A DNA stretch of 64,000 nucleotides, from positions 24,118,001-24,182,000 of the forward strand of contig NC_135901.1 of NCBI RefSeq assembly GCF_964194155.1, written 5' to 3'. This document shows positions 1 to 11,522 of this stretch, piece after piece. The DNA comes from Cetorhinus maximus (taxonomy: Eukaryota). Each line of letters opens with the position of its first letter. Position 1 is the stretch's first letter. Under the pieces are notes generated by a model that was given only the letters and a program-made list of their open reading frames with translations, was not told the DNA's origin and made no database searches. The position numbers and the translations under genes were made by a program.

Positions 1-256
1 AGCGCTCCCTCAGTACTGATCCTCCGACAGTGCAGCACTCCCTCAGTACTGATGCTCTGAAAGTGCAGCGCACCCTCATTACTGACTCTCCAACAGTGCA
101 GCTCTCCATCGGTACTGACCTTCCGACAGCGCAGCACTCCCTCGTTACTGACTCTCCAACTGTGCAGCTCTCCCTTGGTACTGACCCTCCGATAGTGCAG
201 CGCCCTCTCAGTGCTGACTCTCCAACAGTGCAGCGCTCCCTCAGTACTGACCCTGC
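1..256. repeat. 33-bp minisatellite (~7.5 units, gcagcgctccctcagtactgaccctccgacagt), resembling the Deu-SINE central domain
   Basis: Tandem units are visible; the 11-aa periodicity of ORF 30..275 matches 33 bp. The Deu-domain likeness is from recall. Confidence 0.85.
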
Positions 257-261
257 CTCAG

Positions 262-1455
262 TTGGGAGAAATTGATTTTGATTCATGGGCCACTAGCACC
301 AACAATGGGGAAAGAGGGAACTACAGAATTGGGGTGGCCTTCACTTGAACCACACTGGGATCAGTGCCCAGGTGAATCAAATAGATAGGGCTGTAGAGTG
401 GGCTTTAAACTAAATAGTGGAGGAGGGGGCAGGTTTGGGATGAAGGGAAAGTTAGAAAGTTGACGGGAAAGGACAAGGCAATAGTGCAGGCTAGCAATAT
501 GGGTAATGATAACCAGAGTGTGATAGGAAGGAACAGAATGTACAAATATAAGAGTGCAACAGCAAACAGGGTCAGAGTAGGGAAAACTGACAGAAAGACA
601 GATTTAAAAGCTCTTTATCTGAATGCTTCAGCATTTGTAACAAGGTGTATGAATTGATGGAAGAAATAGAAATAAAGGTGTATGATATCATAGCCATTAC
701 AGGGATGTGTTTGCAACGTTATTAAGGTAGGGGGCTGAATATTCAGGAGTATTTGACTTTTCTGAAGGATAGAACAAAATGAAAAAGTCACGGGTTAGGT
801 ATGGTAATAAAGGCTGAAATCAGTACAGTCATGAGAAATTATCTTGGCTCAGAAGATGAAGATGTGGAATCAGCTTGTTTGAAGATAATACAAGTAAGGG
901 TAAGAAGCCACTGTTGGGAGTATTTTATATGTCACCAAACAGTAGTGATGTGGTAGGATTGATAATAACCGAAGAAAAAATGGGGACTTGTGAGAAAAGT
1001 ACTTCAATAATCGTGAGTAAGTGTAATCTGCTTATAAATTGGACAGAGCGAATTGGCGGAGGATGAGTTCATTGAATATATTCAGGACAGTTTAATCCGA
1101 CAATATATTCTAGAACTAACGAGGAAACAGGCAAGTTAATCTGTAATGAGGGAGGATGAGGAATAATTTCATAGTAAAACATCATCTAGTCAAGAATGAT
1201 CATAACATGAAAGAATGTTACATTCAATTTGACAATGAGAAACCTGTGTCTGAAACTGGGTCTTAAATTAAGTAAAGGCAACTACAAAGGTCTGAACTCA
1301 GAGGTTGGCTGCAGTGGACCGGAAAAATATGTTGAAAGATAAGGCTGTAGATAGGGAGTGGCAGATATTTAATTCATAACTCTGAACAACAATGTATTCC
1401 ATTGACAAAGAATGGCTCTATGAGAAGGATGCACAATCCATAGTTAACTAAGAAA
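262..1455 (+). mobile_element. Degenerate CR1 LINE (end of ORF1 esterase plus APE endonuclease region)
   Basis: GGLHLNHTG-like ORF1 end near 335-365, then KALYLNA, DIIAIT and LLGVFYMSPNS APE-like motifs with stops and frameshifts. Confidence 0.75.
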
Positions 1456-1461
1456 CTTAAG

Positions 1462-2939
1462 TACGGCCACGGGGGAGGTGCCAGAGGACTGGAGAACAGC
1501 TAATGTGGTTCCGCTTTTTAAGAAGGGTTGTAGAGATAAGCCAGGGAACTACAAGCTAGTGAATCTCACGTCAGTGGTAGGGAAACTATTGGAGAAAGTT
1601 CTGGAGAAGAGTGCCTATCTCCACGTGGAGAGGCACGGTTTGATCAGGGATAGTCAGCATGGCTTTGTCAGAGGGAGGTCATGCCAAACAAATTTGATTG
1701 AATTTTTTGAGGAGGTGACCAGGTGTGTTGATGAGGGTAGTGCAGTTGATGTAGTTTATATGGATTTCAGCAATGCTTTTGACAAGGTCCCACATGGGAG
1801 ACTAAAAAAAGAAGGCAAATGCAGATGGGATACAGGGTAATTTGATAAGGTGGATTCAAAATTGGCTCAGTTGTAGGAGACAGAGGGTGATGACAGAAGG
1901 CTGCTTTAGTGACTGGAAGCCAGTGTCCAGTGGCATACCACAGGGATGTGTGCTGGGTCCCCTATTGTTCGTCATTTATATAAATGACATAGATGACTAT
2001 GTAGGGGGTAGGTTTAGTAAGTTTGTGGAGGACACAAAGATTGGCTGGGTGGTTAACAGTGAGGTTGAGTGTCTTGGACTACAGGAAGATATAGACGGGA
2101 TGGTCAAATTGGCAGATAAGTGGCAGATGGAATTTAACTCTGAAAAGTGCGAGGTAATACACTTTGGAAGGAGTAATTTCACAAAGAAGTATTCAATGAA
2201 CGGCATGACACTAGGAAGTTCTGTGGAACAAAGGGACCTTGGTGTGTGTGTCCATAGATCCCTGAAGGCAGAGGGGCACGCTAGTGGGGTGGTGAAAAAG
2301 GCATATGGGACACTTGCCTTTATCAATCGAGGCATAGATTACAAAAGTAAGAAGGTCATGTTGGAGTTATATAGAACCTGAGTGAGGCCACAGCTGGAGT
2401 ACTGTGTGCAGTTCTGGTCGCCACATTATAGGAAGGATGTGCTTGCACTGGAGTGGGTGCAGAAGAGATTCACCCGGATGTTGCCTGGGATGAATCATTG
2501 AAGTTATGAAGAGAGGTTGGAAAGACTTGGGTTGTTTTCATTGTATCAGAGAAGACTGAGGGGCGACCTGATCGAGGTGTACAAGATTATGAGGGGCATG
2601 AAAAGGGTGGATAGGGAGAAGCTGTTCCCCTTAGTTGAAGGGTCAGTCACAAGGGGGCATAAGTTCAGGGTGAGGGGCAGGAGGTTTAGGGGGGATGTGA
2701 GGAAAAACTTTTTTACCCAGAGGGTGGTGACGGTCTGGAATGCGCTGTCTGGGAGGGTGGTGGAGGCAGGTAGCCTCACATCCTTTAATAAGTACCTGGA
2801 TGAGCACTTGGCACGTCATAGCATTCAAGGCTATGGGCCAAGTGCTGGTAAATGGGATTAGGTAGGTAGGTCAGGTGTTTCTCATGTGTCGGCGCAGACT
2901 CGATGGACAAAAGGCCTCTTCTGCAGTGTGATTCTGTGA
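1462..2939 (+). mobile_element. 5'-truncated CR1 LINE (RT to 3' end), disrupted
   Basis: ORFs with PEDWRTANVVPLFKKG, SQHGFVRGRSC, YMDFSNAFDKVPH, GIPQGCVLGP, RRLRGDLIEVYK; gattctgt-type tail. Confidence 0.95.
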
Positions 2940-3112
2940 TGAATCACCAGGATATTCACACTGGGGAAAGACCATTCGTCTGTTCAATAATAAGATTGAA
3001 TTCACTCATTCATCCAATCTCCAGAGGCAGTTCACACTGGGCTGAGGCTGTTCACCTGCTCCATGTGCTGGAAAGGATTCACTCAGTCATTTAAACTTCC
3101 AACACATCAGCG
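2940..3112 (+). pseudogene. C2H2 ZNF remnant
   Basis: HTGERPFVC and FTCSMCWKGFTQS fragments in different frames. Confidence 0.7.
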
Positions 3113-3114
3113 AG

Positions 3115-3185
3115 GCGTGTGTGTGTGTGTGTGTGTGTCTGAGCATGTGGGTGTGCATGTGTATGAGTTTGTGTGCCTGTGTGTG
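3115..3185. repeat. (GT)n microsatellite with degenerate extension
   Basis: Directly visible. Confidence 0.9.
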
Positions 3186-3335
3186 CTGCTTCTCATTAGC
3201 TGTAACACAAACCATCCTCTCCAAGCAGATGATGTTCCATCGAGTGATTTGAATGGTACCATTCAGGGATTCCGCATCCAGGGTGAAACCATAGGCTGAC
3301 TGCGTCCTGTGTAAAACCTGACATCTGCACAACCA

Positions 3336-3563
3336 GTAAAATAAAAGCAAAATACTCGGATGCTGAAAATCTGAAATAAAAACAGAAAATGCTGGAAAAA
3401 ACTCAGCAGGTCTGGCAGAATCTGTGTAGAGAGAAAAAAAATAAACGTTTAGAGTCCGTATGATGCTTTGAAGAAGAGTCATATGGATTCAAAACGTTAA
3501 CTCTGCCTCTCTCTCCACAGATGCTGCTAGACCTGCTGAGTTTTTCCAGCATTTTCTGTTTTT
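3336..3563. mobile_element. Fold-back Penelope terminal-repeat mini-element with degenerate hammerhead
   Basis: Inverted arms (ctcagcaggtct / agacctgctgag); TSD atctgcacaacca at 3323-3335 and 3564-3576. Confidence 0.85.
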
Positions 3564-3689
3564 ATCTGCACAACCAAACCTCACTTCTCCTGGACAACAT
3601 TCAGTGTCTGTTGTTTTCCAGATCCCTTTCTTTCCCCTCACTATGACCCTCAGATTGTTCACGGCTTCCTTGTGTGCATCATCCTCCAG

Positions 3690-4325
3690 AAACTGAACGG
3701 GACTAGCCATATAAATACAGTGATGACAAGAGCAGGTCAGAGGCTGGGAACTCTGTGCAGAATAGCCCACCTCCTGTCTCCCCAAAGCCTGTCCATATTC
3801 TACAAGGCACAAGTCAGGAATGTAATGGAATACTCTCCACTTACCTGGATGAGTGCAACTCCAAAAACATTCAAGATTTTCCACACCTTCCAGGACAAAG
3901 CAGCCTGCTTGATTGATAGCCCATTCACCACCTTCAACATTCACTCCGTCCACCACCGATGCACAATGGCAGCAGTGTGTACCGTCTACAAGAGGCACCA
4001 CAGCAACTCACGAAAGCTCCTTTGACAACACCTTCCAAGCCTGTGACTTCTACCACCTAGGACAAGGACAGCAGATGCATGGATATACCACCACCTGGAA
4101 GTTCCCCTCCAAGCCACTCACCATCCTGATTTGGAAATATACCACCGTTCCTTCACTGTCATTTGGTCAAAACCCTGGAACTCCCTCCCTAACAGCACTG
4201 TGGGTGTACCTACACCACACGGACTGCAACAGTTCAATAAGCTGGCTCACCACCACTTCCTCAAGGGCAATTAGGGATGGGTAATAAGTACTTAATGCCC
4301 AAATCCCATTAATGAATAAAAAAAT
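3690..4325 (+). mobile_element. 3' end of a CR1/L2-group LINE (family B, clade uncertain)
   Basis: RAGQRLG, YKAQVRNVMEYSPLTW and SVHHRCTMAAVCTVYK motifs; tail tcaagggcaattagggatggg then A-rich end; same family as 49.2k and 61.5k. Confidence 0.85.
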
Positions 4326-4546
4326 GTCCAATGTCTCCACTTTAAACACTTTCATTGGTCTTACTAACAGATAGCGATGGGATTGCTGCTATCACACGAA
4401 CAAGTTCTGAAAAACTGTCACTCTGACTTTAAGACTTCCTGGAGTAAGATACTGATCCATATCTTCCCACCTAACACCTATCCACATTCCTATCCAAGTT
4501 CCAGGTTTTAAATTGATTATTCAATATATAAAACAAATATAATTTA

Positions 4547-4685
4547 ATTCAGTTCTGAAGAAGTCATATTGGATTCAAAACATTAACTCTGTTTCTTTTT
4601 CCACAGATGCTGCCAGAACTGCTGAGTTTTCCCAGCACTTTGTTTTTATTTCAGATTTCCAGCGTCCTCAGTAATTTGCTTTTAT
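4547..4685 (+). mobile_element. Penelope terminal-repeat fragment with degenerate hammerhead
   Basis: cagttctgaagaagtcatattggattcaaaac...cagatgctgccagaactgctgag. Confidence 0.8.
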
Positions 4686-5064
4686 ATATCTTTTAACCCC
4701 TTTACATCTGATTGTTAATATCTATTAGCACTACAAGAGATTGTCTTTGAGATAAGTTGTTCTGAAAGTCACCTTTCTCCCTAACCTGTCCAAACCCGTC
4801 TTGCCGGTTCATTTATTGAAACCAGGGACTCTCCTTGGTCTAAAGGTGACGTTCCCTCTCTGCCCAGTTATTGCTTTAAGTCAGCCCTTGAATTGGTTGT
4901 GCTTTTATCCTCATGTTACTGCATTTCACTAAAAAATGTTGAAATGTTTGCTCCACACCCACAGGGTTTCATCTGTTAAAAGCCACAAACAGAAATATCC
5001 AAAACAAAAACAGAATTACCTGGAAAAACTCAGCAGGTCTGGCAGCATCAGCGGAGAAGAGCAA

Positions 5065-5103
5065 AGTTGACATTTCGAGTCCTCATGACCCTTCAACAGA
5101 ACT
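5065..5103 (-). ncRNA. Minimal hammerhead-like motif, variant core CUGUUGA
   Basis: AGTT CTGTTGA AGGGTC ATGAG GACTC GAAAT GTC AACT on the minus strand. Confidence 0.55.
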
Positions 5104-6781
5104 AAGTAGAAATAGGAAAGGGATGAAATATAAGCTGGTTTAAGGGTGGGGGATTGGAGGGGGGCGTTGTTGGGACAGGCAAGCAGTGATAGGAGGAGAT
5201 AACCAAAACATGTCACAGACAAAAGAACAAAGAGGTGTTGAAGGCGGTGATATTATCTAAAAGAATGTGCTAATTAAGAGTGGAGAGCAGGACAAGCAAG
5301 GTAGCTCTACTGGGGGGTGGGGAGAAATAAGCGATGGGTGGAATACATTTAAAAATAATGGAAATAGGTGGGAAAAGAAAAATCTATATAAATTATTGGA
5401 AAAAACAAAAGGGAGGGGGAAGAAATGGAAAGGGGGTGGGGATGGAGGAGGGAGTTCAAGATCTAAAGTTGTTGAACTCAATATTCATCCCGAAGGCTGT
5501 AAAGTACCTATTCAGAAGATGAGGTGCTGTTTCTCCAGTTTGTGTTGAGCTTCACTGGAACAATGCAGCAAGCCAAGGATAGACATGTGGGCAAGAGAGC
5601 AGGGTGGAGTGTTAAAATGGCAAGCGACAGGGAGGTCTGGCTAACGCTTGCGTACAGACCAAAGGTGTTCTGCAAAGCGGTCACCCAGTCTGCGTTTGGT
5701 CTCTCCAATGTAGAGGAAACCGCATTGGCAGCAATGAATGCAGTAAACTAAGTTGAGGGAAATGCAAGTGAAATGCTGCTTCACTTGAAAGAAGTGTTTG
5801 GGCCCTTGGACGGTGAGGAGAGAGGAAGTGAAGTGGCAGGTGTTGCGTATTTTGCGTTCGCATGGGGAGGTGCTGTAGGTGGGGTTGAGGCGTAGGGGGT
5901 GATGGAGGAGTGGACCAGGGTGTCACGGAGGGAACGATCCCTACAGAATGCCGCCGGGGAGGTGAAGGGAAGATGTGTTTGGTGGTGGCATCATGCTGGA
6001 GTTGATGGAAATGGCGAAGGATGATCCTTTGAATGCGGAGGATGGTGGGGTGATAAGTGAGGACAAGGGGCACCCTATCATGTTTCTGGGAGGGAGGAGA
6101 AGGCGTAAAGGTGGATGCGCGGGAGATGGGCCGGACAGGTTGAGGGCCCTGTCAACTACCGTGGGTGGAAAACCTCGGTTAAGGAAGAAGGAGGACATGT
6201 CAGAGGAACTGTTTTTGAAGGTAGCATCATCACGACAAAGGCGAAGGAACTGAGAGAATGGGATGGAGTCCTTACAGGAAGTGGGGTATGAGGAGCTGTA
6301 GTCGAGGTTGTTGTGGGAGTCGGTTGGCTTGTAATGGATATTGGTGGACAGTCAATCACCAGAAATTGAGACAGAGAGGTCAAGGAAGGGAAGGGAAGTG
6401 TCAGAGATGGACCATGTGAAAATGATGGAGGGGTGGAGATTGGAAGCAAAATTAATAAATTTTTCCAGGTCCCGACGAGATCATGAAGCAGCACCCAAGT
6501 AATCATCGATGTACCGGAGAAAGAGCTGTGGGACGGGGCCAGAGTAGGACTGGAATAAGGAATGTTCCACATACCCCATAAAGAGACAGGCATAGCTGGG
6601 GCCCAGCATGGTACATCGATGATCCATCAATGTCCATTACAAGCCTACCGACTCCTACAGCTACCTCGACTACAGCTCCTTACACCCCGCTTCCTGTAAG
6701 GACTCTATCCCATTCTCTCAGTTCCTTCGCCTCCGTCGCATCTGTTCTGATGATGCTACCTTCAAAAACAGTTCCTCTGAC

Positions 6782-7538
6782 ATGTCCTCCTTCTTCCTTA
6801 ACCAAGGTTTTCCACCCACGGTAGTTGACAGGGCCCTCAACCGTGTCCGGCCCATCTCCCGCGCATCCGCCCTCACGCCTTCTCCTCTCTCCCAGAAACA
6901 TGATAGGGTCCCCCTTGTCCTCATTTATCACCCCACTAGCCTCCGCATTCAAAGGATCATCCTCCGCCATTTCCGCCAACTCCAGCATGATGCCACCACC
7001 AAACACATCTTCCCTTCACCCACCCCCCCCACCCCTGGCAGCATTCCGTAGGGATAGTTCCCTCCGTGACACCCTGGTCCACTCCTCCATCACCCCTTAC
7101 TCCTCAACCCCCACCTACGGCACCTCCCCATGCAAACGCAAAATATGCAACACCTGCCACTTCACTTCCTCTCTCCTCACCGTCCAAGGGCCCAAACACT
7201 TCTTTCAAGTGAAGCAGCATTTCACTTGCATTTCCCCCAACTTAGTCTACTGCATTCGTTGCTCCCAATGCGGTTTCCTCTACATTGGAGAGACCAAACG
7301 CAGACTGGGTGACCGCTTTGCAGAACACCTTTGGTCTGTCCGCAAGCATTACCCAGACCTCCCTGTCGCTTGCCATTTTAACACTCCATCCTGCTCTCTT
7401 GCCCACATGTCTGTCCTTGGCTTGCTGCATTGTTCCAGTGAAGCTCAACACAAACTGGAGGAACAGCACCTCATCTTCCGAATAGGCACTTTACAGCCTT
7501 CTGGACTGAATATTGAGTTCAACAACTTTAGATCTTGA
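6782..7538 (+). pseudogene. Penelope ORF C-terminus (RT thumb plus GIY-YIG endonuclease), frameshifted
   Basis: FLNQGFP..VPLVLIYHP then NLVYCIRCSQCGFLYIGETKRRLGDRFAEH...EQHLIFRIGTLQPSGLNIEF; frameshift at the C-run near 7020-7035. Confidence 0.9.
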
Positions 7539-7906
7539 ACTCCCTCCTCCATCCCCACCCCCTTTCCATTTCTTCCCCCTCCCTTTTGTTTTTTCCAATA
7601 ATTTATATAGGTTTTTCTTTTCCCAACTATTTCCATTATTTTTAAATGTATTTCCACCCATCGCTTATTTCTCCCCACCCCCACTAGAGCTACCTTGCTT
7701 GTCCTGCTCTCCACTCTTAATTAGCACATTCTTTTAGATAATATCATCACCTTCAACACCTCTTTGATCTTTTGTCTGTGACATGTTTTGGTTATCTCCT
7801 CCGATCACTGCTTGCTTGTCCCAAAAACCCCCCACCCTTCTTCCCCCACCCCCCCCCCCCCCCCACTTAAACCAGCTTATATTTCACCCCTTTCCTATTT
7901 CTACTT

Positions 7907-7945
7907 AGTTCTGTTGAAGGGTCATGAGGATTCGAAACGTCAACT
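7907..7945 (+). ncRNA. Minimal hammerhead-like motif, variant core CUGUUGA
   Basis: AGTT CTGTTGA AGGGTC ATGAG GATTC GAAAC GTC AACT; stem I AGTT/AACT, GUC site. Confidence 0.6.
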
Positions 7946-8084
7946 TTGCTCTTCTCCGCCGGTGCTGCCAGACCTGCTGAGTTTTTCCAGGTATTTCTGT
8001 TTTTGTTTTGGATTTCCAGCATCCGCAGTTTTTTGTTTTTAACAGAAAGATCCAGTTTTCCCCTGGAGTTTGAGACAAATCAGC

Positions 8085-8580
8085 TTCCAAAATGGTGCAG
8101 AGTTTTAGCCAATGAGGGAGATCTGGGCTCAGTCCCGCCCCTCATTCACTCCGATTGGTTAGGGGACCAGCAGCTTCCGCTCCAGTCCCGCCCCCTCTTC
8201 CTATTGGTCCACAGCTGCCTTCAACCAGACGGGCAATGTGATATGAAGCATGCGCAGTGCGAGTGACGTTCATGGACAGACGCTTGTTTGTCGCATCTTC
8301 AGGCGGTAGGCATTGGACGACACAGTGGCGCTATTAGGGGCCGTGGATGGGCGGGAAGGTTTCATAAACACCCATTGTAGGCGAGAAATTCCAACCAAGA
8401 GGCTACCAGCCCCGCGGCTACACCGAGCGGCAGCTATGGGCCCTTCCCCGGTTATGAAACCCGGGTTAACGGTCTCCACCTTTATCGGGGGCAAAGAGCA
8501 GTAGGACGCATGCGCAACCGCCATCTTTCTAGGGGGCAACTTGTAGCAGGGCGCATGCGCTTTCATCACTGGCTGCAGGA
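8085..8580 (+). promoter_or_regulatory. ZNF promoter-like module 1
   Basis: CpG-rich; CCAAT/ATTGG boxes, cccgcccc GC boxes, GCGCATGCGC-like NRF1 motifs, CCGCCATCTT (YY1) near 8518. Confidence 0.7.
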
Positions 8581-9305
8581 ACATGTGAATGAGGAGCAGG
8601 AGCAGACCATTCGGCCCCTCCAGCCTGCTCCACCATTCAATAAGATGATGGCTGAACTGATTGTAACCTAAACCCCACATTCCTGCCAACCCCCGATAAA
8701 CTTCCACCCTCTTTGCTTTTCAGGAATCTCTGTAGCTCTGCCTTAAAAATAAAAGACTCTGCTTCCACCGCCTTTTGAGGAAGAGAGCTCCCAAGACTCA
8801 CAACCCTCTGAGAGAAAAAAAAACTCCTCATCAGTGACCCCTAGTTCTCGATTCTCCCATATCCACTCTGTCAAGGCCCCTCAGGATCTTGAACAAAAAT
8901 GAAAATACCTGGAAAAACTCAGCAGGTCTGACAGCATCTGCGGAGGGGGATACAGTTGCCGTTTCGAGTCCGTATGACCCTTCATCAGACCCGCCCCTCA
9001 GGATCTTAAAAGTTTCAATCAAGTCGCCTCTTACTGTCCTAAACTTCAGTGGACACAAGCCTCACCTGTCCAACCTTTCCTCTTAAGGCAAACTGCCCAT
9101 TCTTGGTATTAATCTCGTAAACCTTCTCTGAACTGCTTCTAATGCAGTTACATCCTTCCTCAAATAAGTAGACCAATACTGTACACTACTCCAGGTGTCT
9201 CACGAGTGTCCTGTACAACTGAAGCATAACCTCCCTACTTTTGTATTCGATTTCCCTCACAATAAACAATAACATTCTGTTAGCTTTCCTAATTACTTGC
9301 TTACC
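8581..9305 (-). mobile_element. CR1 3' fragment, interrupted by a Penelope mini-element
   Basis: RGDLIETFKILRGLDRVD, ESRTRGH and FFSQRVVSL on the minus strand. Confidence 0.85.
8891..8992 (-). mobile_element. Penelope terminal-repeat mini-element with CUGAUGA core
   Basis: TSD gcccctcaggatctt at 8876-8890 and 8993-9007; CTGATGA AGGGTC ATACG GACTC GAAAC GGC (cleavage triplet degenerate). Confidence 0.88.
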
Positions 9306-10067
9306 TGAGAGAATGTTGTGAACTTCTATCCTGGACTGACAGGGATAGATTTTGTAAACTCCCTTTCCAGGGGTTTAGATGGGAAGGATTTACACACAGC
9401 AAACTCAAATCGAGAGATATGTTTGTCATCTCTGATATAGGTCTTTAAAATTCTGATTGGGTTGGGCAGGTAATGTGGACAGAATGTTTCCACTTGTAGG
9501 TCAAACCAAGACTGGGGGCCATGAACACACAATATATATGAATAAATCCAAGAAGAACACAGGAGATATATGTTTCCTCAGACAGCTATGAAAATGTGGA
9601 ACTCACTACTACTGGATGTGGTCGAGAAAAATAACAGATACTTTTAAAAGGAAACAAGACGAGAACATGGGAGAAAAGGGATTAGAAAGATGAGCTGAAA
9701 GCCTGAGATGGGGTTAACAGAATGGGGGAGACTTGTGTGGACTAGAAACTCCAGTACAAACTAGATAGACTGAATGGCCTGTTTGTATCATGTGTATTCT
9801 ATGTAAATCTTTGTAACTTACTTTACAGGATAATAGAGGAGGAGGATTTGCAGTCAGGAAAAGCAAACCAAAACTCACATCTGACAGGGTCAATCAGTTC
9901 ATTGGAATCTGAAGATTCGTGCATCTGAAGGGATTTAATTGACTGCCTCAGCTGGAAACTGGTGAGAGGCTGTTCACCTGCTCCTCCTGTGGGAAGGGAT
10001 TGATACAGCTGGTAAACATGCTGACACGACACAAACTCACAATAGCAAGAGACCGTTCACCTGCTCC

Positions 10068-11522
10068 ATGTGTGGGAAGAGATTCATGTGTTCATCCAAC
10101 CTGCTGGCACACCAGCTCAATCACATTGATAAGGATCCTCTTCAATACTCTGACTCTGAGAAAAGCTTTGAAATCTCTGAGGAACTGGTCCAACACCAGC
10201 GAGTTCACACTGACGAGAGACCGTTCAGCTGCTCCCACTGCGGGAAGAGGTTCAGGCTGTCCTCCCGCCTTGCGGAGCACCAGCTCCTTCACACACACGA
10301 GAGGCCGTTCAGCTGCTCTCACTCTGGGGAGTCGTTCAGTGAGTCAGTGCATCTCACTGAGCACCAGCCAGTTCACACCAAGGACAGAACGTTCAGCTGC
10401 TCCCAGTGTGGGAAGAGATTTGCTCAGTCCTCCCACTACACTGAGCATCAATTGGTTCACTCAGAAAAGAGACCCTTTAAATGTACTGAATGTGAGAAGA
10501 CCTTCAAAAGAAGCATTAATTTTCTGAGACACCAGCGCATTCACACTGGGGAGAGGCCATTCCCCTGCTCCGTGTGTGGGAAGAGATTCACTCATTCAAT
10601 TCACCTTCTGACACACAAGCATGTTCACACCAGGGAGAGGCCTTGCCTCTGCTCTGTGTGTGGGAAGACATTCACTCAATTTTCACACCTTTTGACACAC
10701 GAGAGTATTCACACTGGAGAGAGGCCGTTCACCTCCTCCACGTGTAAGAAGGGATTCGTTCAGCCAGCTGACCTGCTGAAGCACCATTGGGTGCACACTG
10801 GGGAGAGGCCATTCACCTGCTCGGTGTGTGGGAAGGGATTCACTCGGTCCTGCTATCTGCTGAAGCACCAGCGAGTTCACACCGGGGAGAGGCCGTTCCT
10901 CTGTTCCATGTGTGGGAAGAGTTTCCCTCGTTCATCCTACCTTGTGATACATGAGCGAGTTCACACCGGGGAGAGGCCGTACCTTTGCCCCGTGTGCAAG
11001 AAGAGATTTACTTGTTTACAACACCTGCTGAGACACCGGACTGTTCACACTGGGGAGAGGGCGTTCACCTGCCCTGTGTGTGGGAAGGGTTTCCCTGAGT
11101 CATCTAGCCTCCAGAGACACCGATGCACTCACACCGAGGACAGGCCGTTCACCTGCTCCATTTGTGGCAAGAGGTTCGCTCAGTTGTCCTACTACACTGA
11201 ACACCAGCGCGTTCACTCTGATAAGAGACCTTTTCAATGTTCTGAATGCAGGAAGAGCTTTAAAAGAAGCAATGACCTGCTGAAACACCACACCCACACT
11301 GGGGAGAGGCTGTTCACCTGCTCCGAGTGTGGGAAGGGATTCATTGATTCATCCCGCCTGCTGAGACACCAGCGAGTTCACACTGGGGCAAAACCGTTCA
11401 CCTGCTCTGTGTGTGAGAAGCGATTTACCCAGTCTTACAGCCTGCTGAAACATAAGCGGCTTCACATGTTACCGACAAAGTTAGAATCGGTTGTTGCTGC
11501 TAAGAATCACGTCCAGGACTGA
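10068..11522 (+). CDS. Tandem C2H2 zinc-finger protein, ~12-13 intact and ~4 degenerate fingers, no effector domain seen
   Basis: 484-aa ATG ORF of CxxC...HxxxH units with TGERPF linkers; acceptor-like tttacag near 9828; finger-like sequence upstream is out of frame. Confidence 0.85.
   Translation: MCGKRFMCSSNLLAHQLNHIDKDPLQYSDSEKSFEISEELVQHQRVHTDERPFSCSHCGKRFRLSSRLAEHQLLHTHERPFSCSHSGESFSESVHLTEHQPVHTKDRTFSCSQCGKRFAQSSHYTEHQLVHSEKRPFKCTECEKTFKRSINFLRHQRIHTGERPFPCSVCGKRFTHSIHLLTHKHVHTRERPCLCSVCGKTFTQFSHLLTHESIHTGERPFTSSTCKKGFVQPADLLKHHWVHTGERPFTCSVCGKGFTRSCYLLKHQRVHTGERPFLCSMCGKSFPRSSYLVIHERVHTGERPYLCPVCKKRFTCLQHLLRHRTVHTGERAFTCPVCGKGFPESSSLQRHRCTHTEDRPFTCSICGKRFAQLSYYTEHQRVHSDKRPFQCSECRKSFKRSNDLLKHHTHTGERLFTCSECGKGFIDSSRLLRHQRVHTGAKPFTCSVCEKRFTQSYSLLKHKRLHMLPTKLESVVAAKNHVQD

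Larger units (their letters stand above)
5002..8040. mobile_element. Penelope-like element as two 5'-truncated copies joined head-to-head (5002-6605 -, ~6610-8040 +)
   Basis: Arms are reverse complements; RYIDD RT motif near 6503-6517 (-); GIY-YIG domain in both arms; TSD aacagaaa(t/g)atcca at 4988-5001 and 8041-8054. Confidence 0.93.

Noticed and set aside
30-275. 81-aa repetitive protein
   Set aside because: By-product of a 33-bp minisatellite; GTG start.
3336-3563. Classical MITE or pre-miRNA hairpin
   Set aside because: Arms are Penelope terminal-repeat sequence, asymmetric, and TSD length varies between copies.
10000-11297. Alternative-frame and antisense ORFs over ZNF exons (also at 18.5k, 32k, 43k, 54k)
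   Set aside because: Expected shadows of repetitive finger codons; no independent evidence.
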